From: Phycisphaerales bacterium
GTDB lineage: Bacteria; Planctomycetota; Phycisphaerae; Phycisphaerales; UBA1924
Assembly (NCBI GenBank): GCA_035626935.1
Contig: DASPMT010000513.1
Location: 120 to 64,119 of the forward strand
DNA: 64,000 nt
Direction of reading: 5' to 3'
Below the pieces are notes generated by a model. It made no database searches. It was given only the letters and a program-made list of their open reading frames with translations, and had not been told where the DNA came from. Made by a program: the position numbers and the translations under genes. This document shows, in pieces, positions 59,045-64,000 of this stretch. Position 1 is the stretch's first letter. Each line of letters starts with the position of its first letter.

Positions 59045-60954
59045 TTAGCGGCCTCGAGCAGCCCGGAAGCCTCCGAGTTGCTGGCCGTGCCTTCCTGGGC
59101 GAGCCCAAGCTGCAGCGCGCGCAGCGTCAGGCGGTGGCGCACATCCTCGCCGTACTGCCCGTATAGATACTCGCCCGGCTTTCGCGGATCTGCGACGCGG
59201 GCCGCGCGACGCACCAAGTCATCGATCTGTGCGCGGACCTCGGCTCCCGAGATCGGCCCCGCGGTGATCGCTCGGGCGCGTCGGCCCCCCTTCACGACCC
59301 AGTAGGGCCGGAACCACCCGGGCCGATCCTGCACGATGAACAGCGCGCCGTGTTGGTCGAGGGACATCCCGTAAGTGGGTGGCTCAAGCCCGTAGAGGCG
59401 CATGTAGGCACCACGGGCGGTCGGCCCTGTCTCGCGCTTGCGCTCGCCCACCATCGAGCCGAGCGGATCGGCCACCGCAACCCCGCAAACGATGCACACC
59501 CGCCGTGGCTTCTCCGACTCGAAGTCTGGCACCCAGGCGTGCCGGCCGGTCTCGCTCTCGGCGCACTGGGGGCGGTCGCAGTGCTTGCAGTGCGCGTCCG
59601 CGTTCCACTCGTGCCCGCCGGGGCCGCCCGTCAGCGCCGCAGCGAGGCACGCGACCTTCCGCTCGCAGTGCTCGCAGATCCCGCCCGTCGGGTCGCGCGG
59701 CGCGGGCTGGAAGGAGTGCTGGCCGTTCGGGCTCGAGGCGCACCTGGACGCGCCGATCAGAACCGCCGCGGCGATGAGGCTGTGCTCCTCGGTGGCGCCG
59801 GCCAGGTCGATGACGAGGCAGTCGGTTTTTCCGCCGCGCTCGAGGTACACGGGGTCGCGGGCGTTATTGTGGGGGTCGGTCTTCGGAAGTCCGTAAAGTC
59901 GCAGGCCCCGGCCGATCATCTGCGTGAACAGCGACCAGCTCTTGGTCGGGCGTGCCAACACGAGGCAGGCCGCGCGCGGGAGATCGGTGCCCTCGGTGAG
60001 GACGGCGGCGTTGCACAGCACGTCCACCCGTCCCTCCCGGAAGTACTTGATCAGCCGCCGCCGACCGGCCTTCGGCGTCGCGTCGCAGACGTACGCGGCT
60101 CGCCAGCCCGCGGCGGTGAGCGCCTCCGAGGTCAGCCGCGCCTGCTCGATCGTCGCGGTGAACACGATGGTCGCGCGCCCCTTGGCGGTCATCTCCGCCG
60201 AGCGGTCGCGCTCGGGCAGCCGGGTGGCTTGGTGGGCCTCGGCCATGGCCTGGACCGTGTGCTCCACGACGCCCGCGAGGAGGAGCGCGGCGCCGAGCTC
60301 GGCGTCGTCATAGTCGCGCCGGCCGGAGACCTTCGACAGGTCGAGCTTCGCAAGCCGCGACACCGCCGCCCAGGGCGGGACCAGCCACCCCTCGCGGATC
60401 GCGTCGACGATCCCGTACGCGTAGACGATCTCCCACCGGCGTCCCAGGTCGAGACCGTCGTCGCGGTCGGGCGTGGCCGTCAGCCCGAGAGCGAGCCCGC
60501 CGAGCGAAAGGATCCGGTCGATCACCGCGGTGTGGGTGCGGCTCGGGCTGTGGTGGGCTTCATCCACCACGACATGGTCGATCGGCCCGTGCGCGAGGAT
60601 CCGCTCCAGGCGGTCCCCGCCGCCGGCGGCGAGGGTGGGGATCGACGCGAAGATGATCTGGCGGTCGCGGTCGTCACGGCTCGCCTGCACGATCCCGGCT
60701 CGGGGGGCGAGGTCGGGCCAGTACGCCGTGAGGCGCTCGAGCGGCTCGACCACGAGCTCCTCACGGTGGGCGCACCAGAGGATCCGCTTCCCGGCGCGCG
60801 CAGCTTCCTCGATCAGCCCGAGACCGAGCTCGGTCTTGCCGCACCCGGTCGCACACACCACCATGGGGTGCGGCTCGTCAGGCAGCCGGATCGCCCAGGC
60901 GTCGCGCACGGACTCCTGGGCGCGGAGCTGGTAGGGCCGGTAGGTGAGCGCCAT
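59041..60954 (-). CDS. SF2 DEAD/DEAH-box helicase with C-terminal Cys-rich region
   Basis: Motif I CATGCGKT, motif II VVVDEAHHS, motif III GLTATP. C-terminal CEHCERKVAC...CKHCDRPQC...CIVCG. Confidence 0.9.
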   Translation of the reverse strand: MALTYRPYQLRAQESVRDAWAIRLPDEPHPMVVCATGCGKTELGLGLIEEAARAGKRILWCAHREELVVEPLERLTAYWPDLAPRAGIVQASRDDRDRQIIFASIPTLAAGGGDRLERILAHGPIDHVVVDEAHHSPSRTHTAVIDRILSLGGLALGLTATPDRDDGLDLGRRWEIVYAYGIVDAIREGWLVPPWAAVSRLAKLDLSKVSGRRDYDDAELGAALLLAGVVEHTVQAMAEAHQATRLPERDRSAEMTAKGRATIVFTATIEQARLTSEALTAAGWRAAYVCDATPKAGRRRLIKYFREGRVDVLCNAAVLTEGTDLPRAACLVLARPTKSWSLFTQMIGRGLRLYGLPKTDPHNNARDPVYLERGGKTDCLVIDLAGATEEHSLIAAAVLIGASRCASSPNGQHSFQPAPRDPTGGICEHCERKVACLAAALTGGPGGHEWNADAHCKHCDRPQCAESETGRHAWVPDFESEKPRRVCIVCGVAVADPLGSMVGERKRETGPTARGAYMRLYGLEPPTYGMSLDQHGALFIVQDRPGWFRPYWVVKGGRRARAITAGPISGAEVRAQIDDLVRRAARVADPRKPGEYLYGQYGEDVRHRLTLRALQLGLAQEGTASNSEASGLLEAAK

Positions 60955-60966
60955 CGCGGGGCCCGG

Positions 60967-61512
60967 CTAGGACGCGGCGGGGAGGCGGTAGGTGCCGGCG
61001 AGCTGGTCTGCGCGGTGCAGCACCGGGAGCCAGCCTTCCGCCTCGACCACGAACGGGAGCCACCAGTCCTCCCGAACCAGCGACGCAGAGCCCTTCCGGG
61101 CTCGCTCGTCGCTCTCCCACCACGGCCAGTAGCTCTCACGCAGGTAGGCCCAGGGCAAGGCGAACGCCTCGCCCTGGAGTCGCAGCGCGATGAACGCGAT
61201 CCCGGTCGCGAGGTAGACGGCCTCGAGGTCCCGGGCCTGGTGGCGCTCGATCTGGTGCAGCGGGAAGCGCTTGGCTTGGCAGTCCTTCGCGTCGAAGGCG
61301 ACCACGCGGCCGGGCGACCATGTGGACTTGACCCCCAAGCACCCCATGAAGTCGGGCGGGCCATCGCCGGCGAAGTGCCCGTAGAAGTGGCTGCCGTTCT
61401 TCGACTGGACGGTCACGGGCTGGTGCCCGCGCAGGATCACGGCGAGCTGCTCCCGCCGGTAGCGGTCGTGCAGGGCCTCCAGCTGAGCTTCCCACGCGCT
61501 ACCCCGCCGCAC
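60967..61512 (-). CDS. RecU-like PD-(D/E)xK Holliday junction resolvase
   Basis: GPPDFMGCL...VVAFDAKDCQAKRFPLHQIERHQARDLEAVYLATGIAFIAL follows the RecU pattern. GTG start chosen to limit the overlap with the upstream gene. Confidence 0.65.
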   Translation of the reverse strand: MRRGSAWEAQLEALHDRYRREQLAVILRGHQPVTVQSKNGSHFYGHFAGDGPPDFMGCLGVKSTWSPGRVVAFDAKDCQAKRFPLHQIERHQARDLEAVYLATGIAFIALRLQGEAFALPWAYLRESYWPWWESDERARKGSASLVREDWWLPFVVEAEGWLPVLHRADQLAGTYRLPAAS

Positions 61513-61819
61513 GCGCCACCTCCTCGTCGCTTCGCTGGGCGGCCCGACGGGTGTTTCGCGCGCGCAGCGTCGCGCGTGCCATCCGGACGATTTCCGTGGC
61601 TTGGCGGACATCCATGATGCTTGGGATCTCGGGAGCGAGGCCGACTTGGAGCAGCCCTGCCGCGCGGATGACGTCGGCGCGCTCGCAGCCAAGCCGACGG
61701 GCCCATTCGGTCGCGGTGAAGTCGGGCCCGAGTGCGGCGATCGCATCGAGGGCGCCCTCATCGAGCGATCGGAGGGAGTGGAGCACGAGCGCGACCAGGC
61801 GGTCCGCTGCGGTCACCAT
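61499..61819 (-). CDS. Hypothetical protein (106 aa)
   Basis: Internal ATG (MVTAADRLVALVLHSLRSLDEG...) a few nt after the stop of the upstream gene. Confidence 0.5.
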   Translation of the reverse strand: MVTAADRLVALVLHSLRSLDEGALDAIAALGPDFTATEWARRLGCERADVIRAAGLLQVGLAPEIPSIMDVRQATEIVRMARATLRARNTRRAAQRSDEEVARAAG

Positions 61820-63336
61820 GAGACCTCCGGAGCGGCATCGTCCGGGCCTGGTGCAGCCCCACCCAGATCGACGTCGATCTCCCTGCCCTCGAGCAGCGCC
61901 ACCGCGGCAGCGTGCCGAGCGGGGTCGATCTCGCACCCGAGGTAGCGCCGACCGGTCTCGCGGCACGCCCGAGCGACCGGGGCCAGGCCAGCGTAGAGGT
62001 CGAGGACCAGCCCCCCTGGCGGGCAGAACGTATCGATCAGGCGGCACAGCCACTCGACCGGCTTCTCGGAGTGGTTCTTCGTCCGCGGCGAGAGGAACAG
62101 GTTGGAGAGGTCGTGGCGGAACGGCTGCGGCTTGCCCTTCCGGTAGACGAGGAGCGGCTCGGAGTCACCGCGCCAATGGAAGCCCGCGCCGATCCGGCCC
62201 GTCTTGCCCCAGCATCCGCCAGAAAGGTAGTCCCATCCTGTCGTGTCCGCCTGGATGGTCCACTCCCGCAGGAACGGCCAGGTGCACCACACGAGGAGGT
62301 AGGTGTCGTCGAGCGCGGCGATGTGGGCTTGCCGAACGTGCTCGCCGATCTCGTGCATACGGAGCTCGCCATACTGCTTCGCAGAAGCCCCGCGATTCCC
62401 GCGGTTCTTGTAGGGCCACGGCGGATCTGCGATGACCAGGGCTGCGCCCGTCAGGCCGCGAAGGGCTTGTTCGATGTCGCCACAGCGAAGGTCGATCCCG
62501 GGCGCGCTCGGTGCCGCTTGGCGGGCCGTGGTGGCACGTGCCGCGAGCGCCGTCTTGCGTCGCGCCTCCTGCTCGGCCGCCTTCAGTCGCTTGGCCTCGG
62601 CCCGGACCTCATCATCCCCTCGAGCGAGCGTCTCTCGTTGCTCGGATTCGGGGCGCTCGGCGATGGTGTGCGCGACGTGGACCGCAAGGCCCCCCTCGCG
62701 GACCTTCTCGACCAGCTCGGGGACGCCGAACTCCACCACCGTCTCCGCCTGCTCGACCAGCCGTGGGCTGACCCCGAACGCGTTCGACGCGGCGGCGACC
62801 TCGGGGGCGTGATGTGCCCTACGGGCCAACCCTGGTTCTAGAGCGCCGCAAATTTGCGGCGCGCTACTCTCGGCGTTCGCCTGTGCGCCGTCCAGCGCGG
62901 CCGATCGTTCGACAGAAGCGTCGATCTCCAGTCGCGCACCCGTCCGCTTGAGCTCGGTGGCGAACTCGGCGGCGAGGAGGGAGCGCTGGGAGGGGGTGAG
63001 GTGCCGGCGATGCGCATTGGTGGCCAGCACCCAAAGTAACGGCGGTGTTTCAGGATCGGGCGGCTCCCACAACACGAACCGCGGGCTAATCCCGAGCTCA
63101 CGACACGCGCGGAGGCGGTGACGTCCATCGAGGACCGTCTCCGACTCGCGATGAACCACGAGCGGGTGCAGGAGCCCCGAGCTGGCGATCGAGTCGCGGA
63201 GCTCCGCGTACTCCTCTGGCGTCATCTCCGGCACCCGACCGGCCGCTGGGTGTGGAAGGATGAGCGACCACTCGTCGAGGGGAAGCTCGAACGCCGCCCC
63301 GGGCTGCAGCGTGGTCGGCAGGGTGAGGAAGCTCAC
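61813..63336 (-). CDS. ParB-like nuclease domain fused to an MT-A70-type N6-adenine DNA methyltransferase
   Basis: N-terminus LHPLVVHRESETVLDGRHRLRAC. C-terminal half LVIADPPWPY and a later VLDLYAG. GTG start. Confidence 0.85.
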   Translation of the reverse strand: MSFLTLPTTLQPGAAFELPLDEWSLILPHPAAGRVPEMTPEEYAELRDSIASSGLLHPLVVHRESETVLDGRHRLRACRELGISPRFVLWEPPDPETPPLLWVLATNAHRRHLTPSQRSLLAAEFATELKRTGARLEIDASVERSAALDGAQANAESSAPQICGALEPGLARRAHHAPEVAAASNAFGVSPRLVEQAETVVEFGVPELVEKVREGGLAVHVAHTIAERPESEQRETLARGDDEVRAEAKRLKAAEQEARRKTALAARATTARQAAPSAPGIDLRCGDIEQALRGLTGAALVIADPPWPYKNRGNRGASAKQYGELRMHEIGEHVRQAHIAALDDTYLLVWCTWPFLREWTIQADTTGWDYLSGGCWGKTGRIGAGFHWRGDSEPLLVYRKGKPQPFRHDLSNLFLSPRTKNHSEKPVEWLCRLIDTFCPPGGLVLDLYAGLAPVARACRETGRRYLGCEIDPARHAAAVALLEGREIDVDLGGAAPGPDDAAPEVSW

Positions 63337-63476
63337 GATTCACCCCCTTCCCTGCGCTCGATCACCTCTTCGAGGCGGAAGAGCCCCCAGTGGAGCAGCC
63401 ACAGGCTGACGAGCGCGGCGACCGCAAGCCCGCGCAGGAGCCGGTGTCGCGCCAGGCGGACCGAGAGCCGGCTCAT
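63333..63476 (-). CDS. Small membrane protein (47 aa), below the ORF-track cutoff
   Basis: Read by hand as MSRLSVRLARHRLLRGLAVAALVSLWLLHWGLFRLEEVIERREGGES. ATGA overlap upstream and GTGA overlap downstream. Confidence 0.4.
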   Translation of the reverse strand: MSRLSVRLARHRLLRGLAVAALVSLWLLHWGLFRLEEVIERREGGES

Positions 63477-63928
63477 GCGAGCACTTCGGCGCGCCGGAGC
63501 CAGCCGACGAGGAAGCTCTCCCCGTGGCCCAGCTCAATCGACACCTGTTTGTGGCTAAGCTCGAACTTGTCGGCGAGCTTTCGGAGCGGCACGCCGTCAC
63601 GGTGGGTCGCGACCACGAAGGCGTAGCGCACGGGGTAGGCGAGTTCGAGCTCGCGGAGCGCTTCACCGATGGTCGACGCGGTGACGAGCGCGCCGTCGAG
63701 GTCGCCGCCGGCCCCGCCGTCGATCTCCATCTGCTCGAGGCGCTCTTCCGTGAGCGCAACGGTGCCCGGCGCCTGCAGCCGCTCCCGGGCGACGAAGAAC
63801 CAGCCGAGCGCAGCGGCGAGCTTGGTCCACGTGAGGCGGCCGCGGCGCCGCATTGCGTACTCGGCGCGCGCGAGATCATCGGCCGCTCGAGGCGATGCCG
63901 CTCCGCGGCGGGGGAGCGAGCCCGTCAT
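63473..63928 (-). CDS. Putative HTH regulator (sigma-70 region-4-like C-terminus)
   Basis: GVPLRKLADKFELSHKQVSIELGHGESFLVGWL. The overlapping ORF 63340..63879 is S/R/P-rich and rejected. Confidence 0.55.
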   Translation of the reverse strand: MTGSLPRRGAASPRAADDLARAEYAMRRRGRLTWTKLAAALGWFFVARERLQAPGTVALTEERLEQMEIDGGAGGDLDGALVTASTIGEALRELELAYPVRYAFVVATHRDGVPLRKLADKFELSHKQVSIELGHGESFLVGWLRRAEVLA

Positions 63929-64000
63929 GCTGCCTCCAGGTCGGCGGCGAGTTCGGCGAGCAGCGCCGCTCGGGTCGCTGCGAAATCCTCGAGCTGGTCC
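63925..64000 (-). CDS. 3' end of a gene whose start lies beyond the window
   Basis: Reverse strand reads ...DQLEDFAATRAALLAELAADLEAA, then a stop in an ATGA overlap with the next gene. Confidence 0.4.
   Translation of the reverse strand, partial: DQLEDFAATRAALLAELAADLEAA

Larger units (their letters stand above)
1..64000. mobile_element. Temperate contractile-tailed phage / prophage genome segment (whole window)
   Basis: Complete morphogenesis module: terminase, portal, Mu-F-like, scaffold, capsid, sheath, tube, frameshifted chaperone, tape measure, J/W/V/I-like baseplate, fibres, lysis. Also tyrosine integrase, Erf, primase-helicase. No recognisable housekeeping genes. Confidence 0.9.

Noticed and set aside
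56225-61617. Plus-strand ORFs 56225..57763 and 59350..61617 opposite the primase-helicase and SF2 helicase genes
   Set aside because: Their compositions are R/G/A/L/V-rich and without motifs. The minus-strand genes carry unambiguous Prim-Pol, P-loop and DEAH motifs.
1-64000. Mu-type transposase (A/B) genes, given the Mu-like head and baseplate gene order
   Set aside because: No DDE transposase or MuB-like ATPase was recognised anywhere in the window. A tyrosine integrase and an Xis-like gene are present instead.

Overview
The window is very GC-rich, with third codon positions almost uniformly G or C, and looks phage-derived from end to end. It appears to be a temperate, contractile-tailed (myovirus-type) phage or prophage of a high-GC host. 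I saw no housekeeping genes, rRNA, tRNA or CRISPR array.

Module map:
- 1-4200: immunity or regulatory region with five HTH genes on both strands.
- 4200-21477 (+): long, translationally coupled early operon. It encodes an Erf recombinase, a Rad50/SbcC-like ATPase, a UvrD-like helicase, ASCH, AlkB, SLOG/DUF2493 and a C5-methyltransferase. It ends with a separate Mom-like GNAT plus DPPY methyltransferase pair.
- 21474-22946 (+): Xis-like gene and tyrosine integrase, followed by a repeat-rich candidate attP.
- 23352-25175 (+): lower-GC cargo, an unknown protein plus a fused XRE-ImmA/IrrE protein.
- 25388-53050 (-): complete late module. In transcription order it runs terS, terL, portal, Mu-F-like, scaffold, capsid, connectors, sheath, tube, frameshifted chaperone, tape measure, baseplate, fibres and lysis. 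An HNH/NUMOD4 homing endonuclease sits on the opposite strand next to the capsid gene.
- 53200-55585: second lower-GC cargo island, mostly on the + strand.
- 55590-56008: 0.4-kb non-coding region with iteron-like repeats.
- 56009-64000 (-): replication module with Prim-Pol/DUF927 primase-helicase, SF2 helicase, RecU-like resolvase, a ParB-MT-A70 methyltransferase fusion and an HTH regulator.

The observations most worth following up:
- the Mom-like/methyltransferase pair;
- the ASCH-AlkB-SLOG-Dcm run;
- the five-fold repeat inside the C5-methyltransferase;
- a family of GACGCGTC..CTCGAG motifs, including a 35-nt near-identical copy shared between two distant genes;
- the two cargo islands of unknown function.

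All functional calls come from motif recognition by eye plus gene order. No database search was run.
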